The notes below the pieces were generated by a model. It worked only from the letters and a program-made list of their open reading frames with translations. It was not told the DNA's origin and did no database searches. This document shows, piece after piece, positions 49,284 through 62,441 of a DNA stretch of 64,000 bases. The translations under genes were made by a program, and so were the position numbers. Every line of letters starts with the position of its first letter. The stretch's first letter is position 1. The stretch comes from Spizellomyces punctatus DAOM BR117 (Eukaryota), in NCBI GenBank assembly GCA_000182565.2, contig KQ257450.1. The stretch is one strand, 5' to 3'.

Positions 49284-50764
49284 TCACACACCATACACAT
49301 CCACCAAAGCAATCTTCTCGCCAAGTGCATTGCACTCTTTAAACTCCCTAGCAAACTCAATAGATACGCCATCACAACCTACAATCCGTAACACCCTCAG
49401 CCTCGGCAACGCACGCGCGAGCACCTCCACATGGACATGCGTCAAGTCCAACCCCGAGACATCCAAGCTCTCTAGACGCGATAAACGGGCGAGCTCGGGA
49501 GTAAGGAGGGTATCGGCATGAATGCCCACGCAATGTTTCACAGAGAGATGTACTAGCTGGTTTGCACAATGGGCGTTGACTATTGCGTTGAATGTTGTGG
49601 AGGTGATATTCGTGCTTTTAAAATGTAGGTCAGTTAAGAGTGGGCTGTGGTGGAGGAGGGTGATGATGGGCGCATCGGTAAGCAGCATGCATCCGTCCAC
49701 TTTGAAAGACAAAAGGTACGGAAGATCGCGCACAAGAGGTTCCAGATCCGCATCCGTAACGTTCGAGCAGAAACTTAGGTTGAGTGATTGGAGGGTTGAA
49801 CGGCATGTTTTGAGACTGGCGAGTGTTGACGGTGGGAACTTGGTTTGAGCAAGGTTAACCGACACCAGTTTGGTACACCACTCTCCCAATCTCGCCAGAC
49901 AAGGCAAACTCTCCTGTTTCGTTAAACACAGTTCACGTAACCTTCCACACCGCAATACCTTCTCCAACCCATCATTACACATTGGTATCCTCGCGACAGA
50001 AAGAGTGGTAAGCGCCATTTCATCCAAAACAATCTTCCCGCATACCCAATCAACACCACTATCCACACAAAACACCTCCAATGTCCTCCGACTCCCCCGC
50101 ACCGCATCTCCAACCGCTCTACAATTCTCAAAGATAACCCCGAGAATCAGCGTACGAAGTCGTGTACACTCTCCAATGTGCTTGATGGCGGTGTCGGATA
50201 ACCCCGACCATCCAGAGACGTTCAGATGCACCAGATACGGACTAGAGGAGATGAGATGAATGAACGCAGTGTCGTTGACTAGATAGCAATCGGATAGATC
50301 CAGCCAGACGAGGTGAGTAATTGAGCCATCAAAGGATAAGCAGCGTGTAAAGTCATTGACAAAGGTATTGTCGATCCGGCTCTTGAATCCTTTTAGGGGG
50401 CCTAGGCGGAGGGTCTTGACGTGATGCCCTGGGTAACAGGAGAGGATATCTTCACCGACGACGCCCTGTTTGGAGCACATGGGTTTGCAATGTTAATGAT
50501 AGGAATGTTTGCACATTTGGACCATGCATGTTTGGAACGTGCCTTTTTCGATTCTGCATCTCTTGAGCGTGCGTCGATTCGCCATTGACGGGATCGACGG
50601 AGGGTGGACAGAAGACGGTCAAGACGCCAAGGGTCGGGGTCTTTGAAGAGGAGGGTGGTCGTCACTTGGTACCAATCCCGCGTCGCCACTCGACAGTTGA
50701 GGAGGTCACCTAGTTCGAGTTGCGCAAAAATGTTGAATTGGAGTTCGTGTGGGAGGCTGCGCAT
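49284..50764 (-). CDS. F-box / leucine-rich-repeat protein
   Basis: F-box LPHELQFNIFAQLELGDLLNCRVATRDW followed by AMN1-type LRRs (LxxLxLSxCxxVTD). The two ORFs join through a probable GC-AG intron at 50466-50542. Confidence 0.85.
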
Positions 50765-50894
50765 CCCACGCAGGTCTCCTTCCTTTCAGAGTGGACAACT
50801 TGCGCAGAGCGCCATGGACGCAAAAAAAGGGCACGCAAAGGAGGACACCTAATTGCGTAACAGCCAAAAAAAAACCAAGCTGCCCGCGATGCAG

Positions 50895-50966
50895 TAGCAC
50901 CACCTGGTTTCGATCCAGGGGCCTCAGGGTTATGAGCCCTGCGCGCTTCCTCTGCGCTATGGTGCT
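50895..50966 (-). tRNA. Initiator tRNA-Met (CAT), second identical copy
   Basis: Identical 72-nt sequence to 14532-14603. Confidence 0.96.
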
Positions 50967-51598
50967 GTCTTGAAATATTGGGAGGAAATTAACTCGTGAA
51001 CACTAAAAGCACAATCCAACGTATAAGCGCAACAGTGTTGTTCAAGCGAAAATACGTGGCTCCCCCTCATCCATCTTAGCTAATGCAGACTTTCTTTCAC
51101 CTCACCCTACATTAGCACGCACTGAACCCCTCTGCCCAACGACAATATCCGCACACTGGTCTTTTATTCAAGACGAATATAACGTCTTTCTAACATGCCA
51201 TATCCTGCCAACGCTGCCTTCCAACTTGGATGCTTCTAGCACGCCACCTATAATATCTGTCATTTCCCCAATTAAACAAACCACACTAAACTCTTTCTCT
51301 ACAAACAGCGATCAACAAATAAACAATTCACGCTTACCTAAACTGACTCACGTTGACGCGTCCATTCCTCCGGGTGCATCGATCATGATTCACTCTCTGC
51401 CTTTGCAATGGCTGATTCCTATGCAGGGTATCGACCTGCTATGAACCGGGGAATTCCGATATGGGTTATATAAAGAAGAGGTGAGTATAGCAATCGTTCA
51501 TTCGTACCAGAGCATAACCAAAGCACGAGCACGGCAAAGCAAACACAAAACACAAAGCAAAACCAAAGTCAACTCAAGGCAAACTCGACCACAACACA

Positions 51599-51884
51599 AT
51601 GTCGTTTAAATCACTTCCATCGGAATGCTACCCCCTCTTTGGGATGCTCGCAACAGGGCTCGGATGTACGTATTCAACATCATTTTCTCCTTTTCCAGTA
51701 GCCTAACTCGTTATTCTATGCAGTCGGCGTATACGTTGCCTCCAAACATCTTCTCAAAGACCAGGAGCTGAGACTACGGCCACGACCGGTCGGAAGTCTC
51801 AAGAGTTCGTGGGAGGAGCGTGTGACTGAGTTTGAGGGATTGGGTGAGCGGCAGGAAGGGGAACGGGTGTGGGCACGCAAGTAG
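51599..51884 (+). CDS. Small B12D/NDUFA4-like membrane protein (2 exons, absent from the ORF track)
   Basis: MSFKSLPSECYPLFGMLATGLG + FGVYVASKHLLKDQELRLRPR after splicing GTACGT...CAG; TATATAAA at ~51467. Confidence 0.65.
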
Positions 51885-52232
51885 GATATCACTAGATTTG
51901 GGTTTTTGGGTTGTTAGTGGTGTATGGACAGTTTATTTACCATTTAATTCTATGGGTGTAATTTGCAATATATTTTCGTAAGAGTGTATTATTCGACTTG
52001 CTGTATTCTTTTGCGCGCCCTTATGGTTGTTGGGGAAGAGCACATGGACTTTTCAGGATATCGCAAGGGATAGAGACTTTCAAGTTCCGAAATAAGCGCT
52101 GAACGCAATCGCTTCCTGATCCTTCTTTCTGTTCACCTTCCCTGGAACGGAGAGCAAGCGCGAGCTCAAAACAGATACACATCTATATCACATTAAGCCC
52201 ATTTATTGCGTTTATATAAATATATACAATCG

Positions 52233-54369
52233 CTATGTCTTTGCTAGCAACCTAGCACTCTTGCGTACACATAACGGAGGCGGAGAATCGACATCTGGTT
52301 TCCCTGCTACAATCGATGTCAACGTGTTTCGGGGTTTGACGGTCTTGAGCGTACAAGTAATGGGTAGTTGCTGCGTGACAGCCGGTTTTTTCTTTGCAGG
52401 GGGCTTTTTTGCCGCTGGTTTCTTCCGTGGTTGTCGGGGTGGTTTTGTTTTGGGAGGCACCGTTAGGAGGATGGGTGGCATACATGTTTCTTCATCTGCA
52501 ACCGATTCTTCTCGGATAAGGGGTGGAACGGACGAATCTTCTTCTTCAACCTCTACGACCATCTTTTGCTTCTTGCTTGGACTCCCCGGTGCAGATTTGG
52601 CGCCTCGTTTGCTGGGGCTTTGAGGTGGGGAGGTAGACTCTCTGCCTGTGGGAGTGGTGGAACGGTCTCGGTTGGCGGACGCGTCGCATCGGCCGCGAGG
52701 AGGGTCGAGTGTGACGGATTTGTTGTCGGTACACCCTTGGGGTTTTTTGACTTGCATAAATGACAGAATGTCTGGGCAGGCGGCCTTGGTTTTGCCGGAG
52801 GATGATGATTCTTTGCCTTTTGCGGTCTTGGGCGTTGCTCTGGTCTTTGTTGGTTTGCTGGGTTTGCGTGAGGATTTCCCTAGTGTGGCTTTAGAGGACG
52901 CTGACTGCGATGGTTTACTCATGAGGGCCCCGGCAGACAGGTCGGTGGTGCCAACTTCTACGAGGCGATCTACACCTACACCCACCCGCAGTGAGAAAAA
53001 GAATGAAAACGACAAAACTGAAAAGGAGCCTACCTGATTCATTGTTGGCCATTATTGGTAGCTGAAGGTCCCGGGTAGGATCCCTCTCTACAAAACTCGC
53101 CAGTTCTTTCTGCTCTCGCGCTCTCGCCAACTTTTGCGCTCTCAGCTGGGCGATCACATCCAACCTTTTCATTTCCTGCTCCAACTCAGCGACAACGTCA
53201 TCCGTTTTGCCTAAAATATGGTAATCAAAGACGTCGTCCCATTCCTTATGTCCAATTTCCGTGTTGTTGATGAATACTACTTGGCCGTTTCGCAGCTCAT
53301 GCACAGATTTAGCGAGATCTTTGACGAGGCGCTTGATGCCTACTACTTTAAGTGATGTTCCCATGACGATGAGCATATCAGGGCGTTTCTTGACGTCGTA
53401 AGCAGTCATGTCGGCGATTTGATCGCCTTAAAAGGAACGGAAGCAAGTCAGTGCCGTGCGTATAAATTCAAATGATCATATAAGCTCACCTCGCGAGTGA
53501 TGCTCATTATACAAAACAATGTTGGGTCTCAAAGTCCCAATAGGTAAAGGCCGCTTGCCAGCTGCAATCCTCACTCCCTCCATCTCAACACAGGTCGGAC
53601 AAGACGGAGGCCCGCCTTCTTTGAAATCATCTCGAAAGGTATCGCTAAAGTCAAACATGGCCTGACAGATTGTACACACAACATGGTCTAAATCCCCATG
53701 CAGTTGCACAATCCTCGCGCTCTGCTTATTGCTCAAATCGCACGACATTTGCAATCTTAGCTCCAAACAATCAATGTTTTGCGTATAACAGCGAAGGAGC
53801 TGTCCTCGTTCGTCAAGATCCTTGACAAAGTGGTGTGTAGGAGTCGTGTTGGCTTGGTTAATGACTTGCTTGAGTTCCGCCATAAATGTGTAAAAGAGGG
53901 ATGTGGACACTGGGTCTTTGAAAAGCGTGGCGTCAAACAGATCTTTGCCTTTGACAATAGCGTTGGGATATTTCTCTTTTACAAGATTGTAGAGACCGTC
54001 GGCGGACCGAAAGTCCTGTGTACGGGAATATGAAAAGAAGCCAATTGTTAGCATGGCGTGCCAAATGTCTCCTTCCATGACCGTGGTCCCCATTCCAGAA
54101 TGCCAATGCCCATCCTAGACCCATTCCACACCACATCTGCCCCCATCTCGTATTGAAAACGACCCAATCTTCCCACAACTCATGTTTTTCTTCTCATGCA
54201 ATCATGACAATCTCAAAACCCAGGAAAAGCACTCACTCACCGGTATGCCCCCAGAAACCGAAATCCCAGCACCCGTAACAACAACACACCGCTTACTACG
54301 CCATAAGGCTGTAGCAACCTTTGAGAAATGCTCTCGCCCCTCCTCTTCGATCTGGAATCGAATCGTCAT
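52233..54369 (-). CDS. Sirtuin NAD-dependent deacetylase (Hst3/Hst4-like)
   Basis: TGAGISVSGGIP/DFRSADGLY, KGKDLFDA, RCYTQNIDCLE, VQLHG, CxxC..CxxC, LRPNIVLYNE, IVMGTSLKV; basic C-terminal tail. Confidence 0.92.
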
Positions 54370-55921
54370 TGTGGAGTTGGGTATATTTTTATCCCCAGAA
54401 TGGGAAAAGATGCCGAAACGGAAGAAACAAGCTGAACGGCCACCGTACTTCTTAACAGTAGAGTAGATGCGAGGGACGGAGAATACAAGTGAGGACAAGG
54501 GACCTATGATTTGCCCCTTTCACAGGCAACGGCGTTCAAAGCGCAGAACCAACAAGTGTCCGGAGAAGGTGGGTAGGGATAGCGTGACGTTGGCAAACGA
54601 CGAGAAACGTTTGTATAATGCAAAATCTAGTTATTGACCAGGTAGAGACTGTTCATATGTTGGATAGCGGTAGGTAGGATGTGCACATGTGCTGATGATG
54701 GGTGTCCAAAATGTAAAGTACAAAATGGACAAAAAGGTCCGAAATGGATTGGGCGTGTCGGGGCGGAGAGTCCTCGCAACACGGGGGGGGGCGTACCGCG
54801 CGATTTCCCTTCATGTTTCTGTTTTCAGTTTTTGTGGGCGACGCAACACACGTGTGGTGACTTTTTCCTTTACGTTTGTTCTTTATCTGTTATTAGCATT
54901 GGTCGTCCTTTGAGCAATTTGTTGCTGATGCTGCTGCTGAACGAGGAGAGGATTGATGACCATTACGATCTGCTCATCCTTACGAGTTGGTTTGCCGGCG
55001 GGCCCTTCCTTGCATGATCCGCATCGACGGTTTTGGTTCACAGTTCTAAACGAAATAGATCTACGGGGTCCCTGCAATGGATTGCCTGCTCTTCAATCCC
55101 ACCATTGGCCAAGATGCTGGACATCAAAGTAGAGATCCAAACCCATGCAGTCATCCGTGAAATAATTTGAATATAGTACATCGCAGACATGATAAAAAAG
55201 ACAAGAAGTTCTATCTTATTGGTGCGAAACTCGAGTACACATATCTTATATCCTAATGTGATGAACACAGTGCTCATGCTGTTGCATCAGAGTAGGACCT
55301 AGGACTGCATAAAGAGTCGCCATATGGACCAATCGTCCTCGTTCCATGTCAGTGCATCTGGTATACTCCTTTTACCACTTGACCATACCAAACTTGCGTA
55401 TGTCTGCGTTCCGACTCGTGCCGTATCATGTCGTATCCTACAACCCGTGAACGAAAAATAAGATGAGCAAATCCGATCAAAAGCATTATTAAACTATGTC
55501 AAAATCCCTCCAAACACTCATCAGCCCCCTCAAAAGAATCAGTCACGGGCAAAATTGTAACCACGAGATAGGTCTTCAAGACTAATCGTTGTTTCGTGAA
55601 AGCATCATCTCTCTTTTGCTGAGTGAGGGCTTGCTTTCCGGGTGTTTGTGGGGATGTACAAAGTACTTACCATTAAGAACATATTTGCCTAGGAGCTGAG
55701 TATCTCCGCAATTTTCTAGCCTTCAAACGATGCCGTTTGAAGGAGAAAAACGACAGCAAGGTCGACGCCACACTGCGCCATGTCAAGCCTCTCGTTTACC
55801 TAATGTCATTTTCGACCTGTTACTATTTTTCATATTCCAACTCTATAAATAGATAATACCTAATGTCGACTTGGAGCATATATTCCAGGTTGGATTGAGA
55901 TGATTTCCAACAGCAGCAAGA

Positions 55922-56446
55922 GTGTTGATGAGGCGAGCGACTTGGATAGGGTCCTTGTTAAAATCAGTCGGTCATGTTCCACGTGTCGGGCAACACCCGA
56001 GGATCCCGACGGGTGGAAATGCATCTCATCGCCATAGCCTGGTAGGCTCCCAGGTTATTCCAATCAGTATCTGCTCTTCTGCACTCCTCACTACCCAATA
56101 CATGTCGCACATTCCACCTGTCGAAGCGCTGATTTATCCACTGTGCGGATACACGGTGACGTACGTATGCTATGTCGTAGCGTCTCGCCCCCGCGTCATT
56201 ACAAGCATCTTTGGTGGTACATTGATTGTGTGCGGGATGGTGGCGTGTGGAATGGGTATAATTGGGTGGATTGCGGGGAGGGTAGAGGATGGAGGAGTGT
56301 TGCTGAGGGGCCCAACGCGGGTATGGAGAGAGGGTTGGTGGATGGTTGATGAAAAGCGGGGAATAAGGGATGGCAAGCAAGTCAGGGTTGTGGGGAGGGT
56401 CCCTGCATGGGGAATATGGAAGCAGCCTCAGATTACGACCTATTAA
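55922..56446 (+). CDS. Possible membrane protein (last exon or fragment)
   Basis: 174-aa open frame with hydrophobic segments; no clear start codon. Confidence 0.35.
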   Translation: MLMRRATWIGSLLKSVGHVPRVGQHPRIPTGGNASHRHSLVGSQVIPISICSSALLTTQYMSHIPPVEALIYPLCGYTVTYVCYVVASRPRVITSIFGGTLIVCGMVACGMGIIGWIAGRVEDGGVLLRGPTRVWREGWWMVDEKRGIRDGKQVRVVGRVPAWGIWKQPQITTY

Positions 56447-57565
56447 TGTGTGGGGCGTACGAGTTCCTTTTACATGTGTACAAGTATGATGACTTTACTG
56501 GACCAAATGCAGAAACGTTGGAGTCGATCTTTTGCCATATTTCCCTTGGCGTCTACACACTAAATCAATGAAATGCAGTCTTTCCTAAGGTCCAGCAATC
56601 GCTGAGCAATGGCACTGGTTGCGCACATGATCGCAATCCCGGACTTGCCAATGTGATGACGGCGCACATGAACCCATCGATGTAATGCTTTGAATGATGG
56701 TTGTGTGATCCTTGGATTCCCTTTATTCTCGGCACCTTCACTGGATCACTTGTTCTCTCGCATTAGTGCAGTTGAATTCTGGTGCTGGGTACTGCAACAT
56801 TGTGATTCAACGCCTCGGTTTACAGGGACGAACCTGGTGACCTCATCCGGCATACAAGTATATCTCTCTGACGTCGTCTCACGTACATGTCGATGTGCAG
56901 TTCGCTGGAAGCCCTGCTTGGCACTCTTCATGCAGGTTAGAAACATGAATTCAAGCATCCAACGTAGGCATGCCAGAGCATTGTAATGGGCAGAAATATC
57001 TAAATCCATAATGCCCAAACACAATGCACACTGACTTGACACCTTCTCCAAACTTTAAGCCTAATCACGTGCATATATAATTCACATGACAGTTGCTGAC
57101 ACAATCGCGCGTTTGTGACGTCACCAAACGTCGCGTGATAGGATTGCATATGAATGGAATGCGTTTGAGTGCATTCCATTAATACACATTGAGGGTGGAA
57201 CGTGATTGGAGTGCACTGTAGTGTGAATAATGATTAGAATGCAGTAGAAGGCCACAGAAATGACTTGGACTTGCTTTAGAGTTTCGTTCGCCCGTTTGTG
57301 TCCTTTTTGTTTCCCCTTTGCCTACTGGCAGCAAAACCAAAACGCTTTTTAGAGTAGGAAATTGCAAGCAAACGCTGGCGTATGTTTCTTAATTATTTCT
57401 GTGGTATGTTATTGTGTATGTTGAATTTTGTGATGGGAGTAAGCGACGAGGGAAAGCGAACGGAAAGAGTGACATGTGTGTTCTGTTCTTTGCAGGTTTA
57501 CAAGTTAAATTGCAAAAGTCGCGCTCTCAGCAGCCTTTTTTCAAAAACAAATCGCCAGTATCAAC

Positions 57566-60098
57566 ATGGCCAACCTGCTCAACATTAACACGCACCATCA
57601 CCGGCGAGAGAGTAGCTCTCCAAAGTGGGTGGATACCTCGGCGCCCGTTCTCTCACCTCGCCGTAAGCTCTCGGTCATGGACGTGGCCACATCTCCCCTC
57701 GCTGTCAACTTTCACACCTGGAGGATTAATGCTCTCACCAACAATGCTCTGAGGCATGTCCAGTTTTTGGAACGGGCCCAACAGGCATTTGATCACGTTG
57801 ATGACAAAGTCGCAAAGAAAGCCCTCAGAGTCCTCAAGGACTTGGGCATCTCAGTTGACACAAAAAGTCACCCAGAGTGGTCTCCCCTTTATGCGGGATT
57901 CATTGAACTCCTCAAGGCCCAATGTTCCATCGTATCTGATACCGACTGGTTGGTGGCCATCAGGACGTTCTTGACTGATTATGCCGACTTGTTTGAAGAC
58001 TTTAAAGATGCTTTTGGAATACGTGAAGAAGAGATTGCTACAGAATCTGTCGCAGGCGATACGTCCTTTGCTGCCGCTGCGGCCGAGGGCGGCAAACTCT
58101 CGAGGAGGTCTAGCAGCAAAGTCACCTTTTCGCCACCTCCCGAAGTGGCAGAAGGCGGACATCCGTACTTTCCTCCAACGCCCGCACCTCTTCACCTTGA
58201 CATCTCTCCGTTCGATACGAAATTGCAAATCAAGTCCCCGTCGCCCATGAGCTCTACCCCTGCCAGCCCCATGCAAGCCGACCCTGACCCGGAGCCCACC
58301 GAAGTTTGTCTTAATGGCCATTACATTGCATATGATCTTCACGTTGCCATGATGGACCGCCCGAATGAAATGCGGGACCTTTTCGCCCGCAATCCAGACA
58401 TTTTCGAAAACATTCGCAAAAGCTGCTGTCCAAGTGAAACAGACTGGGAGAACCTCCAAGAACTATTTTACATTCCCCGTGATCATATGGACGATTTAAC
58501 CTGGATGCGGTCCATTGGGGCTAAGATGCAGGACGGACCGAGCCTTTTGGCGATTCTGAAAGAGTTGGTTGGGTATGATATGTATGAAGAGGTGTTAGAG
58601 GGTTCTGACGATGAAGGAAGTGATCGCAGTTTCGAGGACGAATACGAGGCGATACACAAGGAGGATAATGCTGTGGAGGAACCAAAAAAGGTTGAGTGGC
58701 TGGATTCGATTGTCAAGATGAGAGAGTTTCCGGAAATGATGGCTAGGCTGGAAAGTGACTGTATGTAATGTATTTTGTTTACGTTTCGCAAGCACCTCCG
58801 AACTAACGTTTTACGTAGATCCCCAATTTTTTGCCAACGTCAAAAAGGCCCTCACGCCGCACCATCATCACCCCCATACGCACGATCACCCTACGCACGA
58901 TCACGAGCACACCCCGACATCTCCGACGCCCTCCGAGTATGAGCGCTTCCTCACACTCTTTTTCAGCGCCCCGGCGGACGTGACGGACCAAGAGTGGGCC
59001 GCAGGGGTGCAAAAGTATATGAGGTCGAGTCAACTGTTGGAGCAATTACGAGAGATTGCTGTTTATGAATTGGACATTGATGAGGCCAAGCTGTCGAGTT
59101 CGGCATTACCTCTCGGCGAAGTACAAGAAGAGGACGCAATTCCGTCCGACCAAGACACCTCTGGCCTAGTCGTGGTCAAAGTCCGCTCTGACCCTGCGAA
59201 CCTCCGCAACCTGGAAACCGAGCACCCCCTTTTCTTTAACCTTCTTCAAAAACACCTCACATCGCATGATGACTACAACCGGTTCATTCGCGCACTGTAC
59301 GCCCCACGCTCCGCCATCCCCGACGACAAATGGGAAGCACTCATTACGCACCGGTTTCTGTCGTCTTCTAAACGGTTACGCCAAATGTTTCGCGAGGTCG
59401 TTGAGGCGGTTGTGCTCTCCACATCTGAAATTATGGATTCCGATGATGAAGAGTGGACGGGGCGGTTTCGTGTTCCCATCCGAGGCGCTGAGGACGGTCC
59501 TTTGAAACTGCTTCGGTTGGAAGTCGTCCACCCTGAACTGTTTGGAAGGATCAAGAAGAGGGTTGGAGATGCCTATGGGAGGTTTCGTTCTCTGTTGGCT
59601 TTACCCCGCGATGATGTTCCAGATGATGTCTGGGCAGAACGGGTGGAAGGGTTCTTGGACGCAGATGTGAAATTGCTTCAAGAATTTGCGAGCGTCGCTG
59701 GGATTCAACAGATTCCCAAATCCGAATCTGAATCCGAACCACAACCTGACACTTCCGTCCAAGCCCCTCCTCAGCCACCCTCTCCAACTCCCTCAACAAG
59801 TACATCCACCCAATACGCCATCAGAGATCAACTCCCCTCTCTCCTCGCCAGTCTCCATACGTACCTTTCCCTTAAACAAACTATTCAGGACGAAAGATTG
59901 TTTGGGAAACTCGTTCATGCGTCTATTGAGCAGCGCGAGAGCGTAAAGTTGGCGGCTCGAGAAGGTGAAGCGGATCAGAATGAGGGGGAGATGAAAAAAG
60001 TTTTGGCTGATGTCGTCAATGAGGTTGTGGGGTTGGAGAGTGATGTTGGCAAAAAGTTTGTGGGATGGATAGGTGCAGTTGATGAGTCGATGTGGTGA
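57566..60098 (+). CDS. Uncharacterised protein with ~5 helical repeats (PAH-like), 2 coding exons
   Basis: Two long ORFs joined by an intron at ~58760-58819; repeated pattern F..(I/V)K....Y.RF..LL..PR..V.D..W...I..FL....LL..F. Confidence 0.75.
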
Positions 60099-60270
60099 AT
60101 GTTATAATGTGGTTCTTTTTGTGTATTTTATTTTGTTTTTGAAACCACAGCTTTGTTTATTGAATTGTTGCGAATTTTTGGGGCTAGGATACCACCTGTC
60201 TATCCTTCTTTTCTTGGACTTTATCGAGAACGTGGCCAATTGCGTCCTAATGCTGCTACCCTACATAGAC

Positions 60271-61472
60271 TTAGATCTTGGACCTGACGTCGACAAGATC
60301 CCACCAAGGGTAAAAGTCTGGCAGATCCTTTGTGACTGTCCCTGCAAACTTTGGCTGCCTCTTTTCCAAAAAGCTCTTGACACCCTCTTTCCCATCTGCG
60401 CCATTCCCAGTCGCGTACATGGCCTTTGAATCCAACAGATGCTGTTCCTCTGGGGACGCCTTTGGTCTCCAAACCAGAGCTTTGGCAAACGCTGCACTGA
60501 CTGCGCTCGTCTTTCCTGCAATTTCCTTTGCGAGCTCCAGAGCAGCGGGCAAAACTTGGTCCGGTGTGTCGATGAGCGATGAAAAGAGGAGACTAAGAAG
60601 GGGAGAGTGGGCGGGGTACACCTTGCCGGTTAGGAATAGGGTCATGGTACGTGAGTGGCCTATAAGGCGGGGGAGAAGGTAGGTGGATGTGGCTTCCGGG
60701 ACGATACCCCGGCGGACAAAGACAAAACTAGAATATGCAGTTTGAGCGTACGGTATAGACCTTGGGACATTGTACAATTCTCTTACCCAATCTTTGCATC
60801 CTTGTACGCAATTCGGATGTCCATTCCCAAAGTCTATCCAACATGCAAATGATTTGTGTAAGCCACATACTCGTTTCTCCTAAACAACAGACAAGAAAAA
60901 CGTACAATGGTGATCCCAACGCCTACCGCCGGCCCATTGATAGCCGCAATCACCACCTTGCGGCATCGCTGAATGACCAGCGAGGCTTGACCTCCTCCAT
61001 CACGATGGTCTATTGTCAAAAAAAAAAAAAAACCATTGGTTACGAGTGAACGAGTGTACGAGTGCTGCGTATGAAGGCTCACCGTTGATGGTAATGGGTT
61101 GGTATCGTCCGTCTGTAGAGAAATCGCCTTTTCTCAAATCAGCCTAAAAAACAAACTGGTTTACACACGACATCAACATTGTCAAGCCTTTCTTTTAGAA
61201 CGTACACCAGCACAAAACGCTCCACCCGTTCCCGTCACAATGACAACCCGAACTCGGTCATCCAGATCAAATTGCTCAAAGGCGTGAATGACTTCCTTGT
61301 TCATTTCTTCCGTCCATGCATTTTGACTGGATATTTATTTAGATATTTCTTTTTGTTAAACCTGGGGAAATTTTGAAAGTACATACTACTTGGGCCGGTT
61401 GAATGTCAATATGGCGACAGGCCCGTCAAGCGCGACGAGAATGTCCTTGTAATTGTCATAGGTAAATGGCAT
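60271..61472 (-). CDS. Enoyl-CoA hydratase/isomerase (crotonase) family protein
   Basis: [87 protein letters not shown]. Confidence 0.92.
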
Positions 61473-61509
61473 TGCTGTTTATCGTTGGCAGTGGTTAAAA
61501 CAAAATAAT

Positions 61510-61510
<1 letters not shown>

Positions 61511-61543
<33 letters not shown>
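61511..61543. repeat. (CGA)11 microsatellite
   Basis: Eleven tandem CGA units just upstream of the enoyl-CoA hydratase start. Confidence 0.9.
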
Positions 61544-62441
61544 TGGGGGCCGAGTGGTCTTTTAAATGTTGCAACAAGGGCGGATGAATTTGGCAGCCGA
61601 GTCATGAACTGTGCGAGCGTGACACGTCCTTTTGTTTCTTTGGGTTTTGGGTATTTTGAGTTATTGGATGAAACCACAAGCATCAATAAACGATATATTG
61701 CATAAAACCTATGGATGTATTCTCAATCCTGAACGATAAACTACAACCGCGGTTGAAAGGCCATGATGCATTTCACACTTTTTTAGCACACTTACAGCGT
61801 GAAATACAATAGAAAATGTTAGATTTGGGCGTTCAAGTAATAATAAATGTCCCATTTTGCATCCGATCGTTTGGAATTGTCTCCCTCCTTTAATCTCCTT
61901 TGGCCCTTTTGATCCAACTGTTGGACTTGTAGTAGCGTTGTATGTCCTTTGGATTTCCCTTTGTTTATACGCATTTTATGACTACAGATGTTATCCTCCC
62001 GTTCTCCTTCCTCCCTCCTTCCCTTCCTTCTCGTCCTCCTAGGAGTAAGCGCATGGACAAGTTGCATAGGAACAGCAGCTTCACCCCATGCGATTCCCAT
62101 CAAAAAGTGTCCCCAAATGTTGTTTTGCGCCGCGGATTCGGCACTCAATATAAGTCACGTGACACAATTCGTTCAATTCAACTCCTCAGCAGACCCCCTC
62201 CTCCTCCTCCTCCTCAACCTTATGAAAAAACCACCTCCGTCCATTGTTCGTTGTTGATTTTCATTTTGGGTTTTCATTTGTCTTGCTGGTGGATGTTTTG
62301 GTGAGTATTTCCTCACATACGAACACCTATACGCCAATTGCGTAGTTTTTCTTCCCACCCATTTTGTGGTAGGTTCGTGCTGTCAGTTTGGGTGTCTACA
62401 GTCTGGTTCACCATTTATTTTTTTTTCTCCGAATTTTAGCA

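Noticed and set aside
14532-50966. Two identical tRNA-iMet copies as att-like ends of a 36-kb integrated island
   Set aside because: Both are complete genes, the DNA between them holds ordinary intron-containing host genes, and no integrase is present. Multicopy tRNAs are normal.
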